64,000 nucleotides of DNA from Mobula hypostoma (taxonomy: Eukaryota): assembly GCF_963921235.1 (NCBI RefSeq), contig NC_086108.1, positions 72,914,001 through 72,978,000 on the forward strand. Reading direction: 5' to 3'. Positions 52,001 to 64,000 of this stretch are shown one piece after another (positions within the stretch are counted from its first letter, which is position 1; each line of letters begins with the position of its first letter). The notes beneath the pieces are model-generated. The model was not told the DNA's origin and ran no database searches. It was given only the letters and a program-made list of their open reading frames with translations. The position numbers and the translations under genes were made by a program.

Positions 52001-52161
52001 GGGATTCCATAGAGGAGCAGACAGAAGATTTGGAGGATGTAACGTAGACGCGCGAATGGTATATTGCCTCCCAGGTGCCAGGGTCAGGGATGTCACAGAT
52101 TGGGTCAGCAGCATCCTAAGGAGGGAGAGTGAGCAGCTGGAAGATTTGGTACGAATAGTAT

Positions 52162-52413
52162 GGCCAACTGGTGGCGCAGTGACATCAGCGCCGGACTCCA
52201 GAGCAAAGATTCCCGAGTTCAAATCCATTCGGGCCGCTCCCGGGCACGCTTTCCATCCGTCCCGGGTTGAGTGTCGAGCTCGTAACTTGGGGGGATAAAG
52301 ATCTGTGCTGTGAGAAGGACGTGGGGGACCACTCACAGAATCTTTCGTCCAAAACAACCACTTGAAAAGTGGTTGCCGAGGCTCTGGCAGAATATGGCAC
52401 GCAAAAAAAAAAA
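52162..52413 (+). mobile_element. tRNA-derived SINE, well preserved, inserted in CR1 ORF1
   Basis: A box TGGCGCAGTGAC, B box GAGTTCAAATCC, CpG-rich body and an A11 tail. Confidence 0.85.
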
Positions 52414-53686
52414 TATGGGTAGGAAAAGGGAGAACATCCTGAAGAGAGTTATACGGAGTTGGGTAGAAAACTGGAAAGTAGAATCTGAAGGGTTGTAACC
52501 TCTGGATTGCTGCCTGTTCCATGTGTCAGTGAGGGAAGGAATAGGAGGACTTGGCAGATGAATACGTAGCTGAGGAGTTGGTGCATGAGGCAGTGTTTCA
52601 GATTTCTGGATCATTAGGATCTCTTCTGCAGAACATATGACCTGTACAAAAAGGATGGATTACACCTGAATCCAAGGCAAACCAATATCCTTGTGGGCAG
52701 GTTTGTTTGAGCTGCTGGGGAGCGTTTAAACTAATTTGGCAAGGGATGGGAACTGGAGTGATACGGCTGAAGATGGAACAGTATACAAGTAGGTGCAGTT
52801 TGTAGTGAGTCTGTAAGGAAGGACAGGCAGATGATTGGGCAGAATCACAGTCTGTGGGATGAGTTAAAGTGTAACATGGGGGCAAGATTGAAAAGGGTGA
52901 TAAATACAGGTCTGATGGGGTTATATTTAATTGCATCCAGTATATGGAACAAGGTAAATGAACTAGTAACAGTTAGAGATTGGCAGGTAGGGCATTGTAG
53001 GCATCACTGAGTCATGGCTGAAAGAAAATCATAGTTGGGAGCTTAACATCCAAGAATGCACATTATATCAAAAGGATAGGTCGGGCCGCTCCCGGCAGAG
53101 AGGCTGGGGTGTCTGACTCTGTTCATAAAAGTGAAATCAAAACCTTAGAAAAAGGTGACAGGATCAAAAGATATAGAACCCTTGTTGGTAAAGAAACTAA
53201 AAGGGTAAAAAAGATCCTGGTAGCAGTTATATGCAAACCTCGGAACATTTGCCAGAAAGTGGGATACAAATTACAATGGGATATGACGAAGGCATATAAA
53301 AAGGGGAATGTTGTTATTGTCATGGGGGATTTCAATTTGCTGGGAGACTGAGGCTTTATAAGGCCACACTTGTAGTATTCTGAGCAGTTTTAGGCTCCTT
53401 ATCAAAGATGTACTGGCACTGAAAAGGATCCAGAGGAAGTTAACAAGAATGATTCCGGGAACGATGAGTGTTTAAGGGCTCCGGGCCTATACTCACTGGA
53501 GTTCAGAAGAATTGGTGGCGTGTGCATCTCATTGAAACCTATAGAATTTTGAAAGGCCCAGATAGAATGGATGTGGAAAGGATGTTTCCTATAGTGGGGA
53601 AGTCTAGCAGAGGGCACAGCCTCAAGTAGAGGGGCATCCATTTAGAACATAGACGAGATGGTAGTTCTTTAGCCAGATGGTGGTGA

Positions 53687-55684
53687 CCCTCTGGCAACAG
53701 AAGCCATGGATGACCGAGGAGGTGCGTGCGCTGCTGAGGACCAGTGACTCCGCCTTCAGAGCAGGTGACAAGGCAGCCCTAACAACAGAGAAGGCCAAAC
53801 TGTCCCGGGCCATCAGAGAGGCAAAGCGTGTACACGCCCAGCGAATCCACAGCCACTTTCAGGGCAGCGGTGACACGCGGTGCATGTGGAAGGACATTCA
53901 GGACATCGCCAACTACAAGACAACACCATCTGCCTGTGCTGGTGGTGCCTCCCTCCCAGATGCGTTGAACAACTTCTACGCTCGTTTTGAGGCGGAAAAT
54001 GAAGTGGCGGCGAGGAAGACCACCCCTCCTCCAAATGACCAGGTGCTGTGTCTTACTGTGGCCGATGTGAGGAGAACCCTGTGCAGGGTCTACCCACGGA
54101 AGGCTGCTAGACCAGACAATATTCCTGGCAGAGTGCTTAGAGGATGTGCAGACCAGCTAGCTGAGATTCTCACTGACATCTTCAACATCTCCCTGAGCTG
54201 CGCCATCGTTCCTACGTGCTTCAAGGCAGCCACTATCGTCCCCGTGCTGAAGAAGTCTTTAGTGTCCTGCCTCAACAACTACCATCCCATCGCACTCACA
54301 TCCATCATCATGAAGTGTTTCGAGAGGCTCGTCATGAGGCACATCAAGACCCTGCTGCCCCCCTCACTGGACCCCTTGCAGTTCGCGTACCGTCCCGACC
54401 GTTCAACAGAAGACGCCATTGCCATGACCCTCCACCTGGACAAAAAAGACACGTACGTTCGAATGTTGTTCATAGACTTCAGTTCAGCATTCAACACTAT
54501 CATTCCTCAGAAACTGATTGGAAAGCTGAGCCTACTGGGCCTGAACACCTCCCTCTGCAACTGGATCCTAGACTTCCTGACTGGGAGACCTCAGTCAGTC
54601 CGGATTGGAAGCAGCATCTCCAACACCATCACACTGAGCTCAGGGGCCCCCAAGGGCTGTGTGCTCCGTCCACTGCTGTTCACTCTGCTGACCGACAACT
54701 GTGCAGCAACACACAGCTCGAACCACATCATCAAGTTCGCCGATGACACGACCGAGGTGGGTCTCAGCAGCAAGAACGATGAGTCAGCATACAGAGAGGA
54801 GATGCAGTAGCTAACGGACTGGTGCAGAGCCAACAACCTGTATCTGAATGTGAACAAAACAAAAGAGATGGTTGTTGACTTCAGGAGGACACGGAATGAC
54901 CACTCTCCGCTGAACATCGACAACTCCTCCGTAGAGATCGTTAAGAGCACCAAATTTCTTGGTGTTCACCTGGCGGAGAATCTCACCCGGTCCCTCAACA
55001 CCAGCTCCATAGCAAAGAAAGCCCAGCAGTGTCTCTACTTTCTGCGAAGGCTGAGAAAAGTCCATCTCCCACCCCCCCATCCTCACCACATTCTACAGAG
55101 GTTGTATTGAGAGCATCCTGAGCAGCTGCATCACTGCCTGGTTCAGAAATTGCACCATCTCGGATCGCAAGACTCTACAGCGGATAATGAGGTCAGCTGA
55201 GAAGATTATGGGGGTCTCTCTTCCTGCCATTACAGACATTTACACCACACGCTGCATCCATAAAGCAAACAGCATTATGAAGGACCCCACACACCCCTCA
55301 TACAAACTCTTCTCCCTTCTGCCATCTGGCATAAGGCACCGAAGCATTCAGGCTGTCACAACCAGACTATGAAACAGTTTCTTAGTTTCTTCCCCCAAGC
55401 CATCAGACTCCTCAATACCCAGAGCCTGGACTGGCACCAACCTACTGCCCTCTACTGTGCCTACTGTCTTGTTTATTATTTATTGTAATGCCTGCACTGT
55501 TTTGTGCACTTTATGCAGTCCTGGGTAGGTCTGTAGTCTAGTCTAGTTTTTGTGTTGTGTTTACGTAGTTCAGTGTTGTTTTTGTATTGTTTCATGTAGC
55601 ACCATGGTCCTGAAAAACGTCTCGTTTTTACTGTGTACTGTACCAGCAGTTATGGTTGAAATGACAATAAAAAGTGACTTGACT
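53687..55684 (+). mobile_element. Young 5'-truncated Rex1/Babar LINE with a nearly intact RT
   Basis: 377-codon ORF (KPWMT...DPLQFAYR...[12 protein letters not shown]...KFADD), a stop at 54808-54810, a frameshift in the C-run near 55070, and an aataaaaagtgacttgact tail. CpG-rich. Confidence 0.95.
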
Positions 55685-55735
55685 GTATAGAATTCATTGC
55701 CACAGACGGCTGTGGAAGCCAAGTCTTTAGGTATA

Positions 55736-56513
55736 CAGTCGGCCCTCCTTATCCGCGAATTCCACGTGCACAAATTCAACCAACTGCGAATCGGGAAAAC
55801 CTGGAACTTCTCTCTCCAGCACTTGTTCGAGCATTGTTCGCCTTGCATCTTATTCGTTCACTACTTTGTTTCTGTGAAAAAATGGCTCCTAAGAAGCAAT
55901 TACATAGTCAAAGCAATTCCTCAAAGGCTAAGAGGAAGCGTAAAATGCTCTCTCTCGCTGAAAAATTAGAAATATTAGGTCTTTTGGAAAGTGGCATGTC
56001 ACATTTCGAAGTGAGCCGTAAGGTCGCTAAGAATGAATCGAGCATTCGCACAATAAAGTAGAAAGAAGCTGAAATTCGTGGAAGTGTTAGTGCCAGGGAT
56101 GGCTGGCTGGCTATGTAAAGTGCTACAGCCTCAAGAACTTAAAGATCATCGGGAGAATCGACATCAGCTGATGTCGAGGCAGTATCAGCGTTCCCAGAAG
56201 AGCTACGATGGTTGTGTCTGTACTGAACATGTACAGACTTTTTTTCTTGTCATTATTCCCTAAACAATACAGTATAACAACTATTTACATAGCATTTACA
56301 TTGTATTAGGTATTATAAGTCAACGGAACAGAAACACTGCGGGCGGCAGGTCCTGTGCTGCCCTGGATCCTAAAGTCCACCCGTACTGAGACAGATTAAT
56401 TAAGGTCAGGAGCTACCCCGGGTCCTAAAGTCCACCCGCACTGAGACAGGTTAAATAAGGGACTTGAGCATCCGCGTTTTTTGGTATTCCTTGTGGATAA
56501 GGAGGGCCAACTG
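55736..56513 (+). mobile_element. TcMar-Tigger (MER2/Tigger3-like) non-autonomous element
   Basis: TA|CAGTCGGCCCTCCTTATCC...GGATAAGGAGGGCCAACTG|TA. N-terminal HTH remnant MAPKK...KRKRKMLSLAEKLEIL...KNESSIRTIK. Confidence 0.92.
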
Positions 56514-56559
56514 TATTTAAACCGGAGGTTGATATGTTCTTGATTAGTATTGATTGATG

Positions 56560-56730
56560 TGCTCCAGATCCACAACCTAATTGCCTTTGTTTCTACCTGC
56601 TCCTGCCCCACTGAACTCGTGTCCTCAATTTTTCATTTCCTGATGCAGGATCTTGGCCTGAAACGTCAGCTATCCATTTCCCTCCATAAATGCTGCCTGA
56701 CCTGCTGAGTTCCTCTAGTGTTCTGTGTGT
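56560..56730 (+). mobile_element. Penelope pseudo-LTR fragment
   Basis: cctgatgcaggatcttggcctgaaacgtc...atgctgcctgacctgctgagttcctc. Confidence 0.7.
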
Positions 56731-57184
56731 TCAACCAGTGTAATAGTATGTTCCATTTAGATTGTCTTTTCCTTGTAGAAAAAATAAATGTAATGAGCTC
56801 TACAAGGGAATTCCTCATCACTTTTAGCCAGGAGCAGATTTTACAACAACTTCTGTTTGTCAATCCAGTACTGATTATTCTCATTAAGTCATATTTTTTT
56901 CACAGAAGGTTTATTGGAGAATATTGTGTAAGGCCTTTGCACAGTGGCAGACAGAGCTCATGTTATATCTCCCAGTACCTGCTACCTTAGTCATCATTCA
57001 TTTGAAGTGTGCATCAATTATTTGTTTGGCCAAGTAAGATTTTTTTTGGAAGTTTTTAATGTAGTTTGTAGAGTGTGGCATGAGAAATTCATGAACAGTA
57101 GTAGAATAAACTATAAGACCTCAAGACGTAGGAGCAGAATTAGGCCATTCAGCTTCCAGTACAGGTTTTGCAAATTCCCAGAGT

Positions 57185-57283
57185 AACATGCACATAATAC
57201 TAGAGGAAGTCAGCATGTCAGGTAGCATCTATGGAGTGGAATTAACAGTCAGCATTTCGAGCTGAGACTCTTCATCAGGACAG
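57185..57283 (-). mobile_element. Penelope pseudo-LTR fragment near exon 2
   Basis: The reverse complement reads CTGTC-CTGATGA-AGAGTCTCAGCTC-GAAA-TGCTGACTG. Confidence 0.7.
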
Positions 57284-57496
57284 TTGCAAAGTTACAGATG
57301 CTTAGATGTGAAGCTGTGACTACAACAATCCAGATAAACTCAGCCTTAACCAAAGATGCTGAAGATCAAGTCAACACCTAAACCGTATCTTTGGCTGATT
57401 ACTGTGCACTCCATTCAGCCATGTATTTGTGATGCAAAGCAAATACAGAGGATCCTCTGGTGTTTCTGCATTAATTTTGTTTTCTATTGCTTGCAG

Positions 57497-57608
57497 CTCT
57501 TCCTCCAAAGCCACCTAAACCTATGATGTCATTATCTGCCAATGGAATCAAAGACAGTGGAAGCATATCTCTACAAGATGCTGAATGGTACTGGGGAGAC
57601 ATATCTCG
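57497..57608 (+). CDS. PIK3R3: PIK3R3 coding exon 2 (proline-rich motif, start of nSH2)
   Basis: Acceptor ttgcttgcag|, then (A)[36 protein letters not shown](R), then donor CG|gtgggt. Phase matches exon 1. Confidence 0.97.
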
Positions 57609-57945
57609 GTGGGTATTTTATGTGCCTCTAATCTTCATCTGCACTGTTTGCTACTTTTATATAAAAAAAAACCATTGCCTTGATCCTTGATAACCATGGG
57701 CCTCAACATAATTCAGTTGTTACTACTTCTATTTCAACAGAAGCATTTCAAAGTCAGATCAACATAGCTTATAAAAAAATGTTTTCTAGCAAGCAGCGTC
57801 TTGAATATTAAACATGTCCATGAAGGCTCGAACAAGAATACCAATGACAAATCAGGATTTTTCTGCATTAAAAAAGATACACAATACAAAAAGATGAAGA
57901 GGTATCACCATTAAATGCTAATAGAATTAAAGCATATAATTTGGG

Positions 57946-58225
57946 GAGGCGTGGTAATGAAGTATTTAGTACAAAGCTTTACAGTATCAATGACCCAGGT
58001 TCAAATCCCACCATTATCTGTAAGGAGTTTGTATGTTCTCCCCGTGACCACGTGAGTTTCTTCTGGGTGACCCATTTCCTCCCACAGCCCAAACGTGTAT
58101 CGGTTGGTAGGTTAATTGGTCATTGTAAATTGTCCCATGATTAGGCTAGGGTTAAATTGGAGGAATGGTGGACAGTGTGTCTCAAAGGGCAAGGAGGACT
58201 TACTCCGCACTGCATCTCAATAAAT
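57946..58225 (+). mobile_element. tRNA-derived SINE in intron 2
   Basis: B box GGTTCAAATCC, body ggagtttgtatgttctccccgtgacc, and a caataaataa tail. Confidence 0.8.
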
Positions 58226-58372
58226 AAGTAATTAAGATTTACAAGCGCAGGTATTGAGAATTGACTATCAGACAGAGTTCGGCAATCTGACCCATCGAGT
58301 CTGCTTTGCCATTTGATCATGACTGAAGAATACTAGTCTTGCTGTGGTGGTAATATGTTGATTTTTTGATAG

Positions 58373-58561
<189 letters not shown>

Positions 58562-60154
58562 TGAAGTGCTTTCTGAAAAATTGTAATGTATTTCACATCT
58601 TTCATTAAGCAAGCAGGGTTCTAGTGAGGATCAGGATTCAGTTGTTGAATTTTAAACAGGTACCATGCTTTTTGCCTGTCACCTGTCAGCCATACAACAT
58701 GTAGCACACGTTTTGAACCGCACATGGACACATCTTTATGTTACAACTGTACAAAAACCTCCCAAGGACATATAATGTGTTTTCTAAGGGGCGTTTTAGT
58801 TATTTGGATAGCAGGGCATGGAGGGATATGGTTCAAGGACAGACGAGAGATTTAGTTTAACTTGCCATTAATTTGCACCAAAAATTTGTCCTGCTGTCTC
58901 TACTGTATCTCCCAGAAGAGACTAGAATTGCTGTTTTAGGTAAGAGCAAGGGAGGTTGAAATGATAAAAACTGCAATCCAACCATTGAAGTCAAGAATCC
59001 AGATTGGTATTGATTGACAATGCCAGATTCCAGTGCTAAAAGAATCCATAGCAGTCAGCTTTGTGACCTTTCAGCCTAGGTTGCCATTCAATAAGTTGTT
59101 GAGTGATCCTTTATCTCCCATGTCTTTTTCCACCTAATCCTTGTATCGAACAATTTCATTAATGAATCTTCATCATTCTCTGTATTCTTGCTTATAGAGT
59201 ACAGTCCGAGAGGAGATCAGCTTCATTACTTAGCATCCATCATCTCAGACCAAAATGACTGAACCTTTATTCTGGTACAATAAATCCAAGCAAAGAAAGC
59301 ATCCTCTTAGAATCGACCCTTAACGTTTCAATGCAATAAATGAGATCACTTCTGCTATTCTCTTTAGGGATTCCCTCATCCAGGAAGCAATTGAGCAACT
59401 GCACATCATATTGTACAGAGTGAGGATATCCTTGTCTGTCAACACTGAACTCCTACACTTCTGCTGTTGTGTCAGTAAAACCTTGTACAAAGGCACTTGG
59501 GTTTTTTCATTCTCATATGATCCTCTAAGAATACTTTGGATTTCCAGCACTTGCAGATATTTACTTTACAATTAGTTCATTAATTTGTGTAGTATTCTTG
59601 AATTTTATTTATGTCAGCAATTTGAATGCTATATTAACCCTAACCTCATTTCTTCACCCCTCCCCCCACCCATTGACGTTTTCAGAAAATATATTTGGTT
59701 ATACTCTGGTTTCCTGACAAATAAGTTGATGGTGGGCCAGTTTCAATCAAATTTATTGGCCATCATGTGACATTGATTCTTTGGTTGTTTTGACTGCATA
59801 CAATCCAATGTTTATTATCAAATGGATTAAGTGTGAAACATTAGTGAAACAGCAGATGCTGGAAATCTGACACAAACAGAAAATATGGAAACACTCAGCA
59901 GATTAGGAGGCATCCTTGGAAAGGAAAGCTGCCAATGTGTCATGTCTGTGACCTTGTTCGTGGAAATAATTTCATTCAGTGTGTCATGACATTAGTCATA
60001 TCTGACTTCCATTCATTTCTAACTCCCGTCTTAACCATCAAATTGAAACTGTAGAGTCAATTGCATCCTTTTTCCCCCATTCTTGTACCATTAGTTCGGG
60101 CTGTCTCTCCTTAAGATTTAATTTGTGGTCTCTCCCATTTCTTAACTGCATACA

Positions 60155-60690
60155 AAGTTCAACGTAAAATTTATTATCAGAGTACATACATGTAACCACG
60201 TGCAACCCTGAGATTCTTTTTCTTGCAGACATATGTAGCAAATCTATAGAACAGTAACTAAACAGGATCAATGAACAACAAACTGTGAAAATGCATATAT
60301 AAATAAATAGCAATAAATAATGACAGTGTGAAATAACAAGATAAATAGTCCTTAAAGTGAGACCATCGGTCATGGAAAACACCAGAAATAGAATGAGTGT
60401 AGTTATCCTCTCTTGCTCATGAGACTGATGGCTAAGGGGTAGTAACTGTTCTGAACCTGTTTGTGCGAATTCTACCTGATGGCAGCATCAAGAAAACAGC
60501 ATGGCCTGGGTGGTGATGACTTTGATGATGGATTCTGTTTTTCTACAGCAACGTTTCATGTAGATGTGCTCAATGGTTGGGAGAGCTTTACTCGTGATAT
60601 ACTGTGCTGAATCTACTATGTTTTACAGGATTTTTTCAAAGTCATTGATGTTCTCATGCCAGGCCATAATGCAGGCAGACAATACACTGC
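60155..60690 (-). mobile_element. Rex1-type LINE 3' end in intron 3
   Basis: Similar to 300-660 (gtaactgttctgaacctg...agcatggcctgggtggtg). Confidence 0.8.
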
Positions 60691-61619
60691 TAATGAGCAA
60701 CATTTTCTTTCTGAAAGTCTGTTTCCACACATACACTGAGAACACCTAAACCTGCCTCCCTAATTTTGATATTTTTTTTACCACTTTTCAGTCTCAAGTG
60801 TGAAGATTTTTACTCCGTCACCAATTTATCATCTTAACTTACAAAGAATCCTTGCACAAATAGTGTTCGTCAAAGGGTTTTCTTTTATTCATATGCCTTC
60901 TAACTGACTTATGTAATATTTCTAAAAATATTGCCAGTCTTGAGTGTACATACACTCATCCTTTTGAGTGTCAATTTTTACTCCAATTCTACTTTTTTAA
61001 GCAGAAACTGAGGAGTGCCTATACAAACTTCTTTCTGCTTCAACTCTGCGAGCTTTTCCTATCTGAAGACAGAGCAGAATTGTTTATGCCACTATGACTT
61101 CTTAATTCTTACCTATGAAACTCCACGCTTGGAAGCACCTTGCTTAACCTGCCCTTGGTAATGGCCCTGCAAGCCACCTAGTTAAGGCAAAGTAGGAGAT
61201 GGGTTTTCAATGTAGGCTTTGTCATCGACAGCCTACATTTCATGACCAAATTGCTTACTGTAAAGTGAGCATCTAATTTTGGAAATGGACATGAATAGAA
61301 GAGGCTTAGTATAAATAGAAAGCAAATACCTTGTTATTTTGAATTGGATTTTCTAGTTGTTTCAGGGAATTACACTTAATAGTCTACATTTTAAAAATTC
61401 TATTTTGATTAAAGTGTTCAGATGAATTGCTTCACTATATTGAATCCCTAGTTTGAATCCACACAAATTGAAGTAAAATCTATTTTGTTGACTTGAGCTT
61501 AGGTGCATGTAATTATGGTGTCAAACCTGGTATCAATGGATGGCCTTGTGTGATGACAACATTCACAATGAAGTCACATTGAGCTGGTGGTGCTGTCTAC
61601 ATGGTATTGAAGTTTATGG

Positions 61620-61820
61620 CATAGAAACATAGAAAACCTACAGCACAATACAGGCCCTTCATCCCATAATACTGTGCCAAACATGTCCTTAAGCTTAGAA
61701 CTACCGAGGCTTACCCATAGCCCTCTATTTTTCTGAGCTCCATGTACCTATCAGGAGTCTCTTAAAAGACCCTGTTGTTTCCGCCTCCACCACTACCGCC
61801 GGCAGCCCATTCCATGCACT
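61620..61820 (-). mobile_element. CR1 LINE 3' end
   Basis: catagaaacatagaaaacctacagcacaatacaggcccttc is nearly identical to 18590-18720. Confidence 0.8.
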
Positions 61821-62353
61821 GTGTTTATATTAAAAAAAACTAACTTTTATATACTTTGAAATATAGTCAAATCTGTATCAGCTGGATGCCTCTGACCTGG
61901 GTCAAGAGTAAATTTCCACTAATAATTGCTTAAAATTTTCTGTGATAGTGTTATAATTGATTTATCAAACCAAATGATGTAAAAAAATATTAAGCTTAAG
62001 ATAATCAGTATACTTGACATTGCACCAATTATTCAAGGTGTAGTACACAGGCTACAAGTTATCTTTTCTTTGGGGGCTACCTCCACCATGCTCTGTGATC
62101 TGAGCATCCCTGCTAGATGACTGGTAAACAAATTTGAAGTAGAGGACTGGATTTGGGCTCAAATCTTTGTGGAATAGTCTAGTATTCTACTACCAAAGCT
62201 GTTCAGGTGCAGTTTAGTTTGTGGTATTGATTTATCTTAATGTATTCTTTAAATGAACGACACAAAAACCTTTCATGAATTTAATTGCAACCTATTGATA
62301 TATTTCTGTATATAGTTTCTCAGATGACCATCTATCTATCTTGTCTTTTACAG

Positions 62354-62534
62354 GAAAGGAGGCAATAACAAGCTAATCAAAATATACCATCGAGATGGAA
62401 AATATGGCTTCTCTGACCCGCTCACTTTTAACTCGGTGGTGGAACTCATTAACCATTACAGACACGAGTCCCTTGCCCAGTACAACCCAAAGCTAGATGT
62501 GAAGTTAATGTATCCAGTCTCAAAGTTCCAGCAG
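62354..62534 (+). CDS. PIK3R3: PIK3R3 coding exon 4 (C-terminal half of nSH2)
   Basis: Acceptor tcttttacag|, then [60 protein letters not shown], then donor CAG|gtcagt; 181 nt. Confidence 0.97.
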
Positions 62535-63042
62535 GTCAGTTAAGCCTTTATATTTCTTGTGTATAATATTAGAATCTCTTGATGCGGTACCTTGCTAATC
62601 TAACACTAGAATATATCAATGAAGTATGGTATTGGAGCATTTAGAAATTTAAAAAATTGACAATGTTAGCAGCTGTTCATGGAATCATCATTTTTCTGAA
62701 TTTTTATATGTTGATTATTAAGGGGAATCTGAGATTTAGTGTATTCGAATTTTCAAAAGACATTTGCTAATATGCTGCATGCCTATGTATATTTTATCTC
62801 GAATGTGACAAACCATCCTGAGGATCTGATGAAAAATAATATAGGCATAAATCAGTTGTTTTCAGAACAAGTTTTGAATCATTGTGACATTGCAGCTAAT
62901 TTATGCAATCTCTCCAATTTCTATCAATAACTTAGGTGGTTCAAGTTAATGTAGCTAGGTATACTGACAGTACAAAGCCAGGTAGAAATAATGAGGATGT
63001 GAAGTGGCTGGAAAAAAAAAGGGACTTGGGAGAGGCTCTCCA

Positions 63043-63365
63043 TTCGGGGTCGATTATGAATGTTGCATCCCAGCTGTCAACATGATCAGCAAGCTAGGGC
63101 AATACAATATGAAGAGCAAGCTATTGCCCATCTAGCAGGTTCCTCCTCTCCATGTAGCTGATGAATCCAAAGTAACAACAGAGATCGGAACAGTTTGGCA
63201 CCAGTGGCATTGCAGGAGTTGCCAGTCAACATTGAACGCGATATAGGAACTGCAGCTCCGGATTTTTCCTCGGGTTTACTCCCTAAGCCTTATGAGTGGG
63301 TGTAGCCGCAAGGCATCAGTAGTTTGAGATCAGAGTTTTCCTTCTCCTAGTTGAGCCCTCAGTTG
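63043..63365. mobile_element. Probable RTE-derived 5'UTR/SINE-like repeat
   Basis: Motifs gagcaagctattgcccat...gcaggagttgccag...gagttttccttctcctag are recalled from RTE-family ends; no ORF. Confidence 0.45.
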
Positions 63366-64000
63366 TATCTGAGATGGGACTTGAAGGTTAAGTGAATATG
63401 AAAGTAAATACCAGATGGAACTTAATGAGACATAGGAAGTTTTCCATATTTTTCTCAAACGATGAGAGACTAGGAAGTTGGTAGCCTGAACGTTTAAGGA
63501 CACAAACCGTGGAGTCAACATGTAAGTACAGCAAGTAAAAAGAAAGATCATGTTTTGGCCTCATCACAAAATGATAAAGTGTACAAGTGCAGAGAAGTCA
63601 TCTTGATATTAAATGGGACACTGCCCATTTTCTATGTATATTGTTAGACTCAGTGCCAAGCAAGGATATTCTGGGAGGGAATATAGTGGATCAAGGTGAC
63701 AGGGTCACATTTAAAGGGTAAGTCTTTCAGCACTGCGATTCAGGAAAAAAAATGCTTCATTCAAAGGATTCTGAATCTTGAAAATACTTTACCTGTGAAT
63801 GATATGGAGACAATAATTTGGATACAAAGAGCCACTGGATATGAAAATACTATTAGCATTATCTTACTGAATGGTGAAAGACTCACGAGGCCAGTGGACA
63901 GGCTGAATAACGTACTGCTGTTGCAGTTTCTCATGGGAGTTACTCAATCCTAACAGAGGTTACTGTAACAAGGCAGTCTGCCGTTTAAAAGGCTGTCCAT

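Larger units (their letters stand above)
51440..56550 (+). mobile_element. CR1-type LINE (ORF1 esterase, deleted ORF2) hosting three younger insertions
   Basis: ORF1 RMVYCLPGARVRDV (SGNH-like). The ORF2 endonuclease (VIVMGDFNL) jumps directly to the ORF2 C-terminus. The 3' end resumes at 55685-55735 and 56514-56550. Confidence 0.85.

Noticed and set aside
52162..52240. tRNA gene
   Set aside because: A and B boxes are present, but the sequence continues into a SINE body and A tail with no proper acceptor stem or T-run terminator.
51599..52522. 307-aa minus-strand ORF
   Set aside because: Antisense shadow of CR1 ORF1 plus the SINE; no independent protein signature.
54216..54746. 176-aa alternative-frame ORF
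   Set aside because: Shadow frame of the GC-rich Rex1 RT.

Overview
AT-rich, CpG-depleted eukaryotic genomic DNA. The repeat landscape (CR1 and Rex1/Babar LINEs, Penelope-like pseudo-LTRs, tRNA-SINEs, Tigger, Tc1, hAT) suggests a cartilaginous fish, probably a ray or skate; this is inference. One host gene is supported: the 5' part of PIK3R3 (PI3K regulatory subunit p55-gamma) on the + strand. It comprises a CpG-rich promoter at about 36.4-36.7 kb and four GT-AG coding exons (37252-37357, 57497-57608, 58441-58539, 62354-62534; 166 codons). These encode the p55-specific N-terminus, the proline-rich motif and the nSH2 domain, and the gene continues past the window. The rest is intergenic or intronic DNA full of decayed and often nested transposons, which account for most of the long ORFs. 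I found no convincing new biological system. The best leads are Penelope-borne minimal hammerhead ribozyme motifs, a Tigger element resembling mammalian MER2/Tigger3, a uORF-laden and possibly spliced PIK3R3 leader, an isolated CpG/CCAAT/CRE cluster 21 kb upstream, and several cleanly resolvable nested insertions. All family assignments come from recalled motifs, not database searches.
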